Below, piece by piece: positions 49,054-58,778 of a stretch of DNA of 64,000 bases (position 1 is the first letter of the stretch; each line of letters begins with the position of its first letter). The translations under genes were made by a program, and so were the position numbers. The DNA is from a virus. Its lineage: Duplodnaviria > Caudoviricetes. Under the pieces are notes generated by a model. It was not told the DNA's origin, searched no databases, and worked only from the letters and a program-made list of their open reading frames with translations. The stretch spans positions 64,001 through 128,000 of IMG/VR virus record IMGVR_UViG_642791616_000001, one strand, 5' to 3'.

Positions 49054-49469
49054 TATAACTCCTCCGTATCTCCGTCAAATATTGCGAGCTGACTAATCGG
49101 AAGTATTGTATAGCGGGCATTCTCCCACCGCTGAGTCTTTCCTTCGCGTCCTTGTTTCTTAACGACGAGAGGACGTCCTTGCCAACGATAATCACATAAC
49201 GCCTGTATCCGCTTATTTGCCGCAACTCGGCTTAAATTTAATACGGCCCCTATCTGTTCCTGCGTCGGGTAGCATTCGCCATTTGCGTCCATAAACGATG
49301 ATAGTACGCAGAGAGTCTGCCAACGTTCGGGTCCGATATCCGCGATCAAGCCTTTCTTGACGGCATCGACGTACATCTTAACGAAGATACGCGTCTCGGA
49401 CTTTCCGGACGTTAAGTTATATTCCGATTGTGTTTCTACGGAGACGAGCCGTTGGTGATCGTTTGTCAC
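49053..49469 (-). CDS. wHTH replication initiator (N-terminal-type domain)
   Basis: LSSFMDANGECYPTQEQIG..LNLSR..ANKRI..L. Confidence 0.8.
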   Translation of the reverse strand: MTNDHQRLVSVETQSEYNLTSGKSETRIFVKMYVDAVKKGLIADIGPERWQTLCVLSSFMDANGECYPTQEQIGAVLNLSRVAANKRIQALCDYRWQGRPLVVKKQGREGKTQRWENARYTILPISQLAIFDGDTEEL

Positions 49470-49496
49470 GCCAACACCTCCTTATTTTCGCTTTCA

Positions 49497-49535
49497 TAAG
49501 TACAGTCGCATGTGGTCGGTCAAAATCGGGACATT
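49497..49535 (-). promoter_or_regulatory. Conserved phage promoter/operator motif, copy 3
   Basis: AATGTCCCGATT..CCACATGCGACTGTACTTA. Confidence 0.75.
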
Positions 49536-49665
49536 CGCTTCAAACTTTTTTGAATTGGCCCATAAAACGCAAAAAACCCCCGCCTATTAAGACGAGGGTT
49601 CAGAGTAGCGCCGTATTTAGTTGCGGTGTAGCGTTCCTATGCGGTATAATGCGCTTAGAGACGAT

Positions 49666-49719
49666 TGACTTATCGGTGACTTAACGTTGATATAGTTGAC
49701 TTTACGGGTGACTTATCGG
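49666..49719. repeat. Four TGACTTWWCG repeats, integrase arm-type sites
   Basis: Copies at 49666, 49677, 49697, 49709, next to the att core. Confidence 0.65.
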
Positions 49720-49750
49720 AGAAAAACAACGTAGAAATAACGACGTGGAA

Positions 49751-49793
49751 GCTGGCAGCGTAGAGGTCAGCGGTTCGATCCCGCTATGCTCCA
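49751..49793 (+). other. att core: duplicated 3' half of tRNA-Ala(GGC)
   Basis: GCTGGCAGCGTAGAGGTCAGCGGTTCGATCCCGCTATGCTCCA has anticodon loop, T-arm and acceptor 3' strand but no 5' half. Confidence 0.85.
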
Positions 49794-49798
49794 TAACG

Positions 49799-49833
49799 AA
49801 AAACCATTCTTGAGAAATCAAGGATGGTTTTTT
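49799..49833. terminator. Intrinsic terminator (original tRNA terminator, likely bidirectional)
   Basis: AAAAACCATTCTTGA-GAAA-TCAAGGATGGTTTTTT. Confidence 0.75.
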
Positions 49834-49847
49834 TATGTATTTATTTC

Positions 49848-50036
49848 TTACAGCTCTGTTTGTTCTTTGTTTTTTCTTAAGCCTAATATCTTTAAGATGC
49901 GGTACGCGATCACAGAGACATAAGCCGTGATGAGAATGATTGTGTAAGACACAGGATAATCACTCGTCATTCCGTGATAAAAGAAATAGATGAGCAGCAC
50001 TGACAGCATGATGACTTGGAACAGTTCCTTTTTCAT
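49848..50036 (-). CDS. Small host membrane protein
   Basis: 62 aa, two TM helices. Confidence 0.65.
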   Translation of the reverse strand: MKKELFQVIMLSVLLIYFFYHGMTSDYPVSYTIILITAYVSVIAYRILKILGLRKNKEQTEL

Positions 50037-50150
50037 TTTACTCTCCCCTCATGATAGTGATTCGGTCGATTATATCACAAATGATGTCATTTTTTGTTAG
50101 CTATCAGCAAGGGGAAATCCATTCACCTGCTGATAGCACTTTATGAATGA

Positions 50151-50954
50151 TCACTTTTTCAGCAATCGTTCGATTTTGTTCTTCGTCTTCGGACCGTATA
50201 TCCCATCTGCCGCTAGACCATTCATAAGCTGGAACCGCTTGACCGCATTCGCTGTTTTTGATCCATAATAGCCATCAATCCCGTTGTTTTTTGCCCCTTT
50301 ATCTGGGTAGAAATAGAGGGAGGATAAGGCTTTTTGCACAGCTATGACTTGTGGTCCTTTTGTTAAGGGCTTGGTTATTTTTAAGATGCCCGATGGCAGA
50401 TTTGACGATTTCTGTTTGGTAACTGGTGCTTTGTGACTCAAGCTCTCTGTTCGAACTGGCTTTCTTGTGCTTTTGCTGCCGGTACGAGCTGTGGCTATTC
50501 CAGCTTTAAATTGATCCCACCGTCCGAGCAATTTCCTTGGACATTCTTTCCCGCTCCAATGTTTATGAGGGACTACATTTGATAAAGGAATTCCCAAATC
50601 GCCCATTAGCTTTCGAATGAGCCATTGGGCATTTTCGACTGCTTGTTCAAAGTTGCCGTCTGTATTTTCGCAAATTTCAATTCCGATTGATTTCATATTG
50701 CCATTGCCTCTGCCATCTCCTGTATGCCAGCCGTTCTCGTTTAACGGTAAATGCTGATAAATCACCTGATCGTCGACAGTGTAATGCCAGCTGACTCCGG
50801 TACTTGAACGTGCAACAAACGCAGCGTGACTCCCAGCATTTGCACCTTTTGCCGTGTTAGAGGTATTATGCACCGTAATATAGAGCGGCTTCATCGTATT
50901 TCCTGGTCTGTTGCGGTTGTGTTTTGGAATGTAGGCTTGAATGATATTGACCAT
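50151..50954 (-). CDS. N-acetylmuramoyl-L-alanine amidase (XlyA/XlyB-like) with PG-binding domain
   Basis: ITVHNT, SWHYTVDD, SIGIEIC, HKHWSGKECP; DG.YG..T repeats. Confidence 0.93.
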   Translation of the reverse strand: MVNIIQAYIPKHNRNRPGNTMKPLYITVHNTSNTAKGANAGSHAAFVARSSTGVSWHYTVDDQVIYQHLPLNENGWHTGDGRGNGNMKSIGIEICENTDGNFEQAVENAQWLIRKLMGDLGIPLSNVVPHKHWSGKECPRKLLGRWDQFKAGIATARTGSKSTRKPVRTESLSHKAPVTKQKSSNLPSGILKITKPLTKGPQVIAVQKALSSLYFYPDKGAKNNGIDGYYGSKTANAVKRFQLMNGLAADGIYGPKTKNKIERLLKK

Positions 50955-50973
50955 ATTGTTTCTCCTTCAACGA

Positions 50974-51237
50974 TTATTTTGTTAGCCCTCTTTGTTTCAG
51001 GGTATCTTTTTGTAATTGACCTTTGTAGGTCACATAATTGTTTTTAAACCAAGCGATAATGGCTGTCACCATCGTAAAAATGGTGGAACCTGCTACATAT
51101 AGTGCCTCACCAGCGGTTTGTACTTGCTCCTCACTAATCGGTAGCACCGTCTGTCCAAACATGACAAGTGTTTGATTGATGAGCGCAATAAAAAGAAGCA
51201 CTGTGCGAATCACAGTGCCTTTGTCGAATGTTTTCAT
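50974..51237 (-). CDS. xhlB: Holin (SPP1/XhlB family)
   Basis: [27 protein letters not shown]. Confidence 0.88.
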   Translation of the reverse strand: MKTFDKGTVIRTVLLFIALINQTLVMFGQTVLPISEEQVQTAGEALYVAGSTIFTMVTAIIAWFKNNYVTYKGQLQKDTLKQRGLTK

Positions 51238-51248
51238 GATTTCTCCTC

Positions 51249-51470
51249 CTATTTTAAATTCCGTTCAATTTTGTCGAGTTTGTCGATCACAACATCATAC
51301 TTCTCACTAAACTTTGCTAACACATCATTTTGCGCCTCGATTTGTTCATTGAGCTTGTTTTCTCTTTCCTTTGTTGTGTTTAATACATAAAACAGCACCC
51401 AACAGAACAACACCGCAAACGGCCCTTGTGTCATTAAGTTTTGAACAACATCTACTTCCATTGAAATCAC
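51249..51470 (-). CDS. BhlA/UviB-family holin-like protein
   Basis: [15 protein letters not shown]....KERE.KL. Confidence 0.85.
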   Translation of the reverse strand: MISMEVDVVQNLMTQGPFAVLFCWVLFYVLNTTKERENKLNEQIEAQNDVLAKFSEKYDVVIDKLDKIERNLK

Positions 51471-51497
51471 CTTCTTTCCGGCAAAAAAATAAAGCCA

Positions 51498-51641
51498 TTA
51501 GGCTTCGTATATTTCTCCAGTTATATTTTGATAGTCTTCTGTCGAGATCCAGCCAATGCTTACATAAAATGCAATGTCCTCTGGGCCGTAACACTGCCAG
51601 TCCCAGAATTGTTTGATATCTACAACAGTTGGAAACATCAT
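51498..51641 (-). CDS. XkdX-family small protein (47 aa)
   Basis: I.FYV..GWIS.EDY..ITGE.Y. Confidence 0.75.
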   Translation of the reverse strand: MMFPTVVDIKQFWDWQCYGPEDIAFYVSIGWISTEDYQNITGEIYEA

Positions 51642-52103
51642 TCTGAAGTCCCCCCTTTTTGCATAGCCAATAGCTGCGTTAATTGTTTTGATAACAAAGC
51701 ATTTTGTTTCTTCAAAAGCTCTATATCACTTGGCGGGAGAGGGGCTGGTTTTAGGCTATCTATATACTCCTGTGTCGCTGATTCATACCCGTGTTGTTTT
51801 TCCACATCAAATGCAGCTTTATAAAAAGCAGGCACCTAACGATTTTATCCCGTTATAAATACTGCCGCCAGATGGGATATTGATCAACTGGGATCCGTTA
51901 TCATTCGTCATTTTATATAGCTGAGATTGATTCCATTTCTGCTTTTCTGTTTTAGATGAATGAGATGTTACATCATTTTCGTGTTGATTGATATGATTTA
52001 ATAGTTCAGCATCATTTTCAATAATAACCTTTACCATGTCATTAAACAGATCTGCATGAGCTGTATCACTTGTTTTGAAAGTACGCGGTGTCTTTATCTC
52101 CAT
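51638..52103 (-). pseudogene. Internally deleted third fibre cassette (fibre N-terminus joined out of frame to chaperone C-terminus)
   Basis: 51819-52103 matches the N-terminus of 52133-53263 and stops; 51638-51835 is a start-poor XkdW-like tail (W/Y.ESATQEYIDSLKP..E.LK). Confidence 0.7.
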
Positions 52104-52132
52104 GTGATTCTCCTTTCACATTGTTTATGGAA

Positions 52133-53263
52133 TTATCTTGTACTGAACTTAAAACCAAATGTAATAAACTCAGTTGGATTAGCATTATTTGAAGATGATT
52201 GCACACATACATTCCCATTCTTATCTACTAAGGTTCGATGGAATTGAGGTACTCCAGGTGTCCCTATACTCGAAGCGATACCTACAAAATGGATTGCCTG
52301 CTGCGGCCGATATCCTTCAGGCAAAATAAACACTGGGTTATTTCCTAAAATCCCACCTTTTATAGCACCTACTATCTCAACTTCCCCCAAGAGATTCTTT
52401 CGATATTTCACTGGCAAATTAATAGGGTCATATTCCTTCCAATTGCCATTAATCTCTTTAGGTGTTTCCCATGAACCTTCTAATAGATCTGATAGCGTGA
52501 TTTGCTTCTCCCACGGTGTCCATGATTGTGCATTGTGTCTAAGAACTCTAAAGTATGTGTTTTTTCCATAAACAGATTCGTATGCTATTTGCACCAATGT
52601 AGTGCCATAACTCATCACCAACAAAAACACTCGATCATAGGAAGGCGATGGACCGTTTACTCCAGTATTATATATAAGGTACATTCCTGTCTCGGTAAGA
52701 GTATTGTAGTCTGTCTCGCTAGCAAACCCATGATAAAATGGCTTTCCATTATCTTGAGTGATTTTTACTAATTGACCATTATCCCATCTATTTCTATCTC
52801 TTACCGTAGGCAGCTTTGTCCAAGTAATCGACATATGTCCGGCTTCGTAATAGAAAAAATAAGCATTACCTGAACTATCCATCGCAAAACCAGAGCCAAT
52901 ATTTTCTTGACCTACTGTCTGCAGCCCTCTGATTGAGACATTTGATGAAACTGGAGAATCCTCCACACCAGCAGCTGCATAAAAAGTACATGTTCCTTTA
53001 TCTTTTATCGCATCAAATATTCTGCCGTCAGAAGATACATTAATCAGCTGTCTTCCACTATCTGCTGTGATCTTATAGTTCTGTGAATTATTCCATTTCT
53101 TCTTTTCTGTTTCAGATGCGTGTACTTTTGCATCATTTGTATGTTTTAAGAACTGTTCTATTAATCCATGATCATTTTCAAGAAGTACTTTGACCACGTC
53201 ATTAAACAAATCAGCATGTGCTTTATCATTTACTTCAAAAGGTTTTGGTTCTTTTATTTCCAT
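52133..53263 (-). CDS. Tail fibre / receptor-binding protein (pyocin-knob-like repeats)
   Basis: AHADLFN N-terminus, D.NTLTETG.Y, YFR....W..W, F.LPEGYRP. Confidence 0.8.
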   Translation of the reverse strand: MEIKEPKPFEVNDKAHADLFNDVVKVLLENDHGLIEQFLKHTNDAKVHASETEKKKWNNSQNYKITADSGRQLINVSSDGRIFDAIKDKGTCTFYAAAGVEDSPVSSNVSIRGLQTVGQENIGSGFAMDSSGNAYFFYYEAGHMSITWTKLPTVRDRNRWDNGQLVKITQDNGKPFYHGFASETDYNTLTETGMYLIYNTGVNGPSPSYDRVFLLVMSYGTTLVQIAYESVYGKNTYFRVLRHNAQSWTPWEKQITLSDLLEGSWETPKEINGNWKEYDPINLPVKYRKNLLGEVEIVGAIKGGILGNNPVFILPEGYRPQQAIHFVGIASSIGTPGVPQFHRTLVDKNGNVCVQSSSNNANPTEFITFGFKFSTR

Positions 53264-53270
53264 TCAGTTT

Positions 53271-53444
53271 TCACTCCCTTGCTTTGATGCTTGGTTCCAT
53301 TTCTTGTAGCTGCTCTAGAGTGAGCATCCTTTGTTCATATCCTGTTTTTAAATCTTCCATTGAACAATCGCCTAGTTCCACCGCTTGTTTGACCAATTCA
53401 GGGGTCACCCATTTAAAATACAACGCCATCACCCAATAATTCAT
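53271..53444 (-). CDS. xkdX: XkdX-like protein (57 aa)
   Basis: MNYWVMALYFKWVTPELVKQAVELGDCS. Confidence 0.75.
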   Translation of the reverse strand: MNYWVMALYFKWVTPELVKQAVELGDCSMEDLKTGYEQRMLTLEQLQEMEPSIKARE

Positions 53445-53770
53445 GATTCACGCTCTCCTTTATATAAAAGGATCTCATTTTTTAGCGCTTTTATTTCGTT
53501 TGTTAAATGATCACATTGATGTTCAAGCTGTTTTCTCATGAGCTTTTCTTTGGCTACTTCTTGTGCTAGATAATCTAGCGGAAGAGGTGGTTGATATCTT
53601 GGATTGATTTGAGATTCGTCCCACCATTCTTTCAATTCTTTTGCCGTTGGCTTTGGCACATCTAGATGCCACTCGTTAATGTAAGAACCGTCTCCGTCAT
53701 TTCTAAGTTCAAAGTCCTTTTGCGGATCCGCATCGGGGTATTTATACTTAATGGCTTCATATAAAATCAT
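53441..53770 (-). CDS. xkdW: XkdW tail-fibre chaperone-like protein
   Basis: MILYEAIKYKYP.ADPQKDFELRNDGDGSYI.EW. Confidence 0.88.
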   Translation of the reverse strand: MILYEAIKYKYPDADPQKDFELRNDGDGSYINEWHLDVPKPTAKELKEWWDESQINPRYQPPLPLDYLAQEVAKEKLMRKQLEHQCDHLTNEIKALKNEILLYKGERES

Positions 53771-53779
53771 AGAATCCTC

Positions 53780-54673
53780 CTATCCTCTCAGGAAATTTCT
53801 GCCGCCTACTTCTGTAATATCAAAATAGTTGTACCAGCCTGAATTTTCAGATACATAACGACTAACATCTCCGTCATATCCTGCATACATGTAAATTTCT
53901 AAATAATCCCCTTTATTAGCCGGTACATTCGCAGCACCATAAAGTCCCATACTAAAGCTCAACGTATCAGATGGGCTGGTCGGGCTCTGTCTTTGATGTG
54001 CAATATTTTTATACCTTTTTCCATTTAAATAGATCGATAATTCAAAGTTTGCGTATCGTTGAAAGGTTTCAATATAAACACCTGCATTCACTGAATACAT
54101 TCCGTTTTCAGGGCAGATGAAGCGATTATTTTTGATATCAAAATTGTTATGACTGTCTTTTATCTTTCGATTAAAAAGGATTTTTTGATACTCACCTTTG
54201 GTTAATAACTGTTTTCCAGTTGTACCTATATTGGCATGACAGAATCCAGAGAGCTTATGCCAGTCGGTCCAACCAGATCCAGTCCACCAATGACGGCACC
54301 ACGTACCTGTGCTATCAAAATAACTGCCCGCTTCGTTTCCAGTCCCATAGTAATATTGAACAAATCGAAAGTTACTATATTTTTCATTTTTCACAAAGCC
54401 AAATCTCGTAGGATATCCGGTATCATTCGCTTGTCCAATATCCATGAACGTAATGCCATTAGGATATTCCTCACCGCTGACTGATGCATCTTGAATGGCT
54501 TGATCGCCTGTTAGTTTAAATAAGCTTTCATTTGTGATTCCTTCTATTTGTAGCCTGAGCGCATTGTCATTCTCTACTAGAGTGTCGACCATCCGGTTAA
54601 ATAAGTTGGCATGTGCTTTGTCAGAGGTTTCAAACGGTAAAGGTGATTTGATGTCCATTTCATTCCCCTCCAT
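53780..54673 (-). CDS. Tail fibre / RBP with C1q-like C-terminus (XkdV-like)
   Basis: AHANLFN N-terminus; F.CPENGMY, GDYLEIY. Confidence 0.75.
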   Translation of the reverse strand: MEGNEMDIKSPLPFETSDKAHANLFNRMVDTLVENDNALRLQIEGITNESLFKLTGDQAIQDASVSGEEYPNGITFMDIGQANDTGYPTRFGFVKNEKYSNFRFVQYYYGTGNEAGSYFDSTGTWCRHWWTGSGWTDWHKLSGFCHANIGTTGKQLLTKGEYQKILFNRKIKDSHNNFDIKNNRFICPENGMYSVNAGVYIETFQRYANFELSIYLNGKRYKNIAHQRQSPTSPSDTLSFSMGLYGAANVPANKGDYLEIYMYAGYDGDVSRYVSENSGWYNYFDITEVGGRNFLRG

Positions 54674-55056
54674 TAATAAATATCATCAATCTCAAAAACA
54701 AATTCGATGTCGCCGTCTTTTTGTTTGTCTGTCATGGTGCGGATGGCGGTGAATTTGCCGGCTTCGTCGACAAGTGCTAGTTCGTTGATGACTTCTCCTG
54801 CAAGTTCTCCTTCGGCGATCGTGCAGGTGTAGCGGATTTTTGCTGGTTCCATGAAGGTAAACGAATCAATCTCTTTTTGGACGAGTTCTTTTTTGAGTTT
54901 TTGTTCAGTGCCGTCTAGTGAGATCGGTTTCCCATCCTTCGTCCCACCATTTCCAAATGCCATTTTGACGACTTTTGTGAGTTTTGTTCCTTCGGCTCTT
55001 GCCTTTGCCATTTGTTGACGTGCATATAATGTTGTTACGGTTAATTGATCAGCCAT
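54673..55056 (-). CDS. Phage tail-collar/fibre base protein
   Basis: MAFGNGG, INELALVD motif. Confidence 0.75.
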   Translation of the reverse strand: MADQLTVTTLYARQQMAKARAEGTKLTKVVKMAFGNGGTKDGKPISLDGTEQKLKKELVQKEIDSFTFMEPAKIRYTCTIAEGELAGEVINELALVDEAGKFTAIRTMTDKQKDGDIEFVFEIDDIY

Positions 55057-55067
55057 TGTGATCCTCC

Positions 55068-55991
55068 TTATAGCTCTATTTTTTGAGAAGTAGCTGCTAG
55101 CATTTTTGATCCGTCCAGCGGAACAGATCCATCGAGAATCCAGTAATGATCCTTAATCAGTAAGCTGCCGCCTTGTTCAGTTTGGACATGTACTGGCAAT
55201 CGGAACGTCATTTTCTTCTTGGTTTGATGCTGGAGCTGATTTTTTGTGCGTAAAGTCAATGCCGCTCCTTGCTTCGTTTCATGTACCGCTCCAGTCATGA
55301 CATAATTCATTCGGTATGTGTTCTCTGACTTATGCTGAAGCGGCATTCTCATCTTCAACGAATGCCGAAAACGAGCAGGTACATCGGTTGTCCCTCGTGT
55401 TCCGCTCAGATAAAACGACCCATTTAATACAAATTCACCATTGAGTAAAATCGGGATATGATCGAAAAAACCCACTCTGCTTCGCAGTGTGAGCCTCCCG
55501 TGATGATCATTTATTTCATGTACATCGGTATGATGAAATGCAGTGAACGTATAAGCCAAATGAGCTGGCTTTAACGTTTCAAGTATTTCTACAATATATC
55601 TAGTGTTTTGCAGATCATCTAGATTCACACGTAAGGCGAAATGGTAGCGATTGGTGGTCAGACGGATGATGGCACTTGGATTTTTGAGAAAGCGATTCAC
55701 CGATTTCTCTAAAGAAAGATACGTGATCGGTGGAATGTTTGACATCATATTGAGTAAGCGTGCTCTGCGAAGTTCAATGGAATCATCTGATTCTCGCTGC
55801 ACCTTCAGCATTCTTTCCCATCTATTCAATCCCCATGTCGCTGTCAAAGGGAAGAACTGATCCATTAAATCGAAAATGGATTCATCCAATTGCTCAAACT
55901 CTGGCGCTTCTGTTTTGAGCAGGTGATCGACTTCATAAATCTCTGTAAAATATGGCGGCAAGTAGTTTTTCATTTCATCCTGTTTGCTCAA
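55068..55991 (-). CDS. xkdU: Baseplate wedge protein XkdU/YmfQ-like with extension
   Basis: YLPPY, ATWGL.RWE, KPAHLAY. Confidence 0.85.
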   Translation of the reverse strand: MSKQDEMKNYLPPYFTEIYEVDHLLKTEAPEFEQLDESIFDLMDQFFPLTATWGLNRWERMLKVQRESDDSIELRRARLLNMMSNIPPITYLSLEKSVNRFLKNPSAIIRLTTNRYHFALRVNLDDLQNTRYIVEILETLKPAHLAYTFTAFHHTDVHEINDHHGRLTLRSRVGFFDHIPILLNGEFVLNGSFYLSGTRGTTDVPARFRHSLKMRMPLQHKSENTYRMNYVMTGAVHETKQGAALTLRTKNQLQHQTKKKMTFRLPVHVQTEQGGSLLIKDHYWILDGSVPLDGSKMLAATSQKIEL

Positions 55992-57024
55992 TAACCTTCA
56001 CCTGCCTCAGACGCGGTATCTCAATGTCCTGTAACACTAAGTTTTTTGACTCCCCATTCAATAACACGTTTGCATAATCTGATACACTTTCTGAATGGTA
56101 CAGAATGTCATTTAATGCGGACATTCGAATGGTACTCTTTTCAAATGCAATTGATTTCAACAGCGCTTTGACCTTTTCTTCTATTTCTTTCTGCGCTCCT
56201 TCAAGGGTCCAGTCCATTTGAAGTTCGACGGCTACTTCTATGTCAATGTCCAGCCATTTGGCGCTTTCGACGGTCGCTTTTGAACCAATAGGCGCTTGTC
56301 CTTCTCCTTCGCCTGGTACTGGGTCGATATATTCCTGTACTCTTTTAACAAGCAGATCTGATGCAACATCTAGATTGCCGTCTGTGATGACAATCTTGAC
56401 TGTTCCTTCTCCATTCCAAAGCGGGAATACCTTCGCTCTGCCAACCCCTGTCACTTCCTCAGCCCATTTTTTATAATGCGCCTTGTTGGCACTGACAGCC
56501 TCTCGCCTAGCACGTATTAAGTAGCGATCATATAACGAAGCGTCATCTTCTTCCTCTTGTCCGGGTATTACCAAATCTTTCATGATAATTGATTCAAGCC
56601 CCGGGATTGTATCAAGTGAAAGCAGCGCCTGATCTGTTAATTGACCATTGCCGACTTTGCCAGGTGTCTCGCATTCTAGCGTCCCATCGTTCGAATATTG
56701 GAAATAGACGTCTTCAATAAAAAACCGTGAGCCAGCTGGGATGTTGATATCCTCCGGCTTAATAGCTGCGGACCAAACCGCTTTAGTCGCTGGTTTTCTT
56801 TCAATTCCTACTTCAGCGGCCCGCCGATCTAGAAACTCTCCTTGTGCTGTATCTGCAAAGACCAGCTCGAATACTTGATCAAGCCAAATATAGGACTGGG
56901 CCAGTTCAGCAGCAGCAGGTGCCAAGGCATTCCAAATGACGCTGTTTTCTCTTTTATCTATGTCATCTGGCAGTCTGTCTAGCATTCTTTCCATTAATGC
57001 TTCGTACGTTTGTTCCTCAAACAT
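55975..57024 (-). CDS. xkdT: Baseplate J-like protein
   Basis: [27 protein letters not shown]. Confidence 0.92.
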   Translation of the reverse strand: MFEEQTYEALMERMLDRLPDDIDKRENSVIWNALAPAAAELAQSYIWLDQVFELVFADTAQGEFLDRRAAEVGIERKPATKAVWSAAIKPEDINIPAGSRFFIEDVYFQYSNDGTLECETPGKVGNGQLTDQALLSLDTIPGLESIIMKDLVIPGQEEEDDASLYDRYLIRARREAVSANKAHYKKWAEEVTGVGRAKVFPLWNGEGTVKIVITDGNLDVASDLLVKRVQEYIDPVPGEGEGQAPIGSKATVESAKWLDIDIEVAVELQMDWTLEGAQKEIEEKVKALLKSIAFEKSTIRMSALNDILYHSESVSDYANVLLNGESKNLVLQDIEIPRLRQVKVIEQTG

Positions 57025-57448
57025 CGCTCTCCATCACCTCCTCTATTTCTAATGTGCCTTCATCTGTGACTATAGCTAGCTTGACATGAAACGAGTCATT
57101 TTCCTTTGTGACCTCTATCTCTTCAATATGATCAATCCGTTCGTCCACAATCAATGCTTCCTCTAGCAGCCTCGGAATCTCCATTTCTTTGTATTCATCC
57201 GTGGCTTCTGTATCCGTCAAAAGCTCCTGAATTTCAGTGCCAATGTCGTGGCTGTAAATAGGATGTGCATACCGCTCTGTCCTAAGTGTCATATAAACGA
57301 ATTGACGAATTGCTTCAATGCCTGAAATGGTTTCACCTGTCAATCTGCCAGTTTCAACATCTATTCGATACGTCGTCGAGGTTTCCACCTCTTCGCCTTC
57401 TTCTGTTTCCTCAATTTCTTCCTCTGGTGAAAGTGCCACGTTCATCAC
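57017..57448 (-). CDS. xkdS: Baseplate wedge protein (DUF2634)
   Basis: EAIRQ....L.TERY.H.IYS.D.G.E. Confidence 0.88.
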   Translation of the reverse strand: MMNVALSPEEEIEETEEGEEVETSTTYRIDVETGRLTGETISGIEAIRQFVYMTLRTERYAHPIYSHDIGTEIQELLTDTEATDEYKEMEIPRLLEEALIVDERIDHIEEIEVTKENDSFHVKLAIVTDEGTLEIEEVMESDV

Positions 57449-57453
57449 CTCCC

Positions 57454-57720
57454 TTACAATTTGTCGATGATGTAGAAGGATTGCCCTCCTGCCATTGCCA
57501 GCACCATAATGCTGTCTCCCCTTTTCAGTTCATCATCCTCACCCTTATTTAGGCGCTTTGGCCAAATCAGTAATTCTTCCGGGATGATTAGCTTATGGTT
57601 TTCATTTAACTGGATGCTTACAGGAGAAACTGCCGTAACTTCTCCAATCACCAGATCAATTGGAGAGGCGGCGTCTACAGCATTCACTGCTAATCGTTTA
57701 ATCGCTTCACTTAACCTCAC
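57454..57720 (-). CDS. xkdR: Baseplate spike-like protein (DUF2577)
   Basis: [22 protein letters not shown]. Confidence 0.88.
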   Translation of the reverse strand: MRLSEAIKRLAVNAVDAASPIDLVIGEVTAVSPVSIQLNENHKLIIPEELLIWPKRLNKGEDDELKRGDSIMVLAMAGGQSFYIIDKL

Positions 57721-58778
57721 GCTTGATCACCCTTTGGAATGGAATTTTTCTCAACGACATCAATTGTCATGGTGTGTTTCACCCCACTGAATTCATGTTT
57801 GTCCTGATCGATCCAGTACGTATTTTTTACGTTGATTTCAGGGATTTTCAAATAGATTGGAAGACCGCTTTGCAGTTCAGGAATGCCTAGCGCTTGGATG
57901 CTTTTGACTTCTTGTTTCACGCCTTTTTTCTCTGCCAGCCGTACTTTGGCTCTTTTTTGCAGCTGCGGCTGGTTGATTTGCCCTGTAACCGTCTCAACAT
58001 GCTGTAAAATACCGTATTTACTCTGACCTGCTTTATCCTGTTCGACCACTACAATCTCTGATTTGCTACCTTTTTTCTTATTTTTCCCCTGTTCATCCAC
58101 AGACGTGCGCAGCTTGACACGAGTGGCTGTTTCTTCAATCGAGGTGCTGTACTGATAGCCAATGAGATTGACACCTGATTCAATGACCCATACGTCCTCT
58201 GGATCTGGCCAAGCTCTCAGCCCCATCTTTCCTTTAGCAGAATAGATTTGATAGTTTCTGCCGGTTTGCCGCTTTGTCTCTTTTAATGCTTTCAGAATCA
58301 TGTCATATAGGCTCGTATCGTTTTTAAACACTAGTGATTTTATGACATGACCTGTATTGGCGATGGAGGTCATGGGAATTTGAAAGTCAGCTCCAATCCG
58401 TCTCAAGATTTGATCTGCTCTTTGTTTTGAAAAAACATAGACATCTTGGTTTTTCACCAAATATTGAAGCATGTCGTATGCGGTAAAGGTCAGTTTCCCT
58501 TCAACAGGCGTCCTAGAAAACACAATGCCTCTGAACAGCTCTTTTCCTTTCCATTTAAAAAGAACCGTGTCCCCTTCTGAGACACGGTAATATGTTTGAC
58601 TCCCTTGCTTTGTGATAATATTTGCTTGAATAGAGCGAGGAGCTTGATACCTTTGCCCCTGAAGTGTCACACTCTCTGTGACAAGCTCATACATGGTGCC
58701 GCTTCTGATGGCAAAAAGCTCGATCAATGCCAGCCCCCCTATTGTGGTATTTTTAACCTTTGTCCAGGGAAAATCCAA
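57717..58778 (-). CDS. xkdQ: Baseplate hub protein (true start probably TTG ~58727)
   Basis: [12 protein letters not shown], synteny. Confidence 0.88.
   Translation of the reverse strand: MDFPWTKVKNTTIGGLALIELFAIRSGTMYELVTESVTLQGQRYQAPRSIQANIITKQGSQTYYRVSEGDTVLFKWKGKELFRGIVFSRTPVEGKLTFTAYDMLQYLVKNQDVYVFSKQRADQILRRIGADFQIPMTSIANTGHVIKSLVFKNDTSLYDMILKALKETKRQTGRNYQIYSAKGKMGLRAWPDPEDVWVIESGVNLIGYQYSTSIEETATRVKLRTSVDEQGKNKKKGSKSEIVVVEQDKAGQSKYGILQHVETVTGQINQPQLQKRAKVRLAEKKGVKQEVKSIQALGIPELQSGLPIYLKIPEINVKNTYWIDQDKHEFSGVKHTMTIDVVEKNSIPKGDQA

Larger units (their letters stand above)
1..49793. mobile_element. Temperate prophage (right part), integrated at tRNA-Ala(GGC); continues left of the window
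   Basis: Contiguous phage morphogenesis, packaging, nucleotide-metabolism and replication genes ending at a partial tRNA duplication; visibly more GC/CpG-rich than the DNA after 49.8 kb. Confidence 0.95.

Noticed and set aside
49751-49793. Functional tRNA gene
   Set aside because: D-arm and acceptor 5' strand are missing; it is an att duplication
51498-54673. Diversity-generating retroelement or invertible fibre switch
   Set aside because: No reverse transcriptase, TR/VR pair, invertase or inverted cassette; all cassettes are co-oriented
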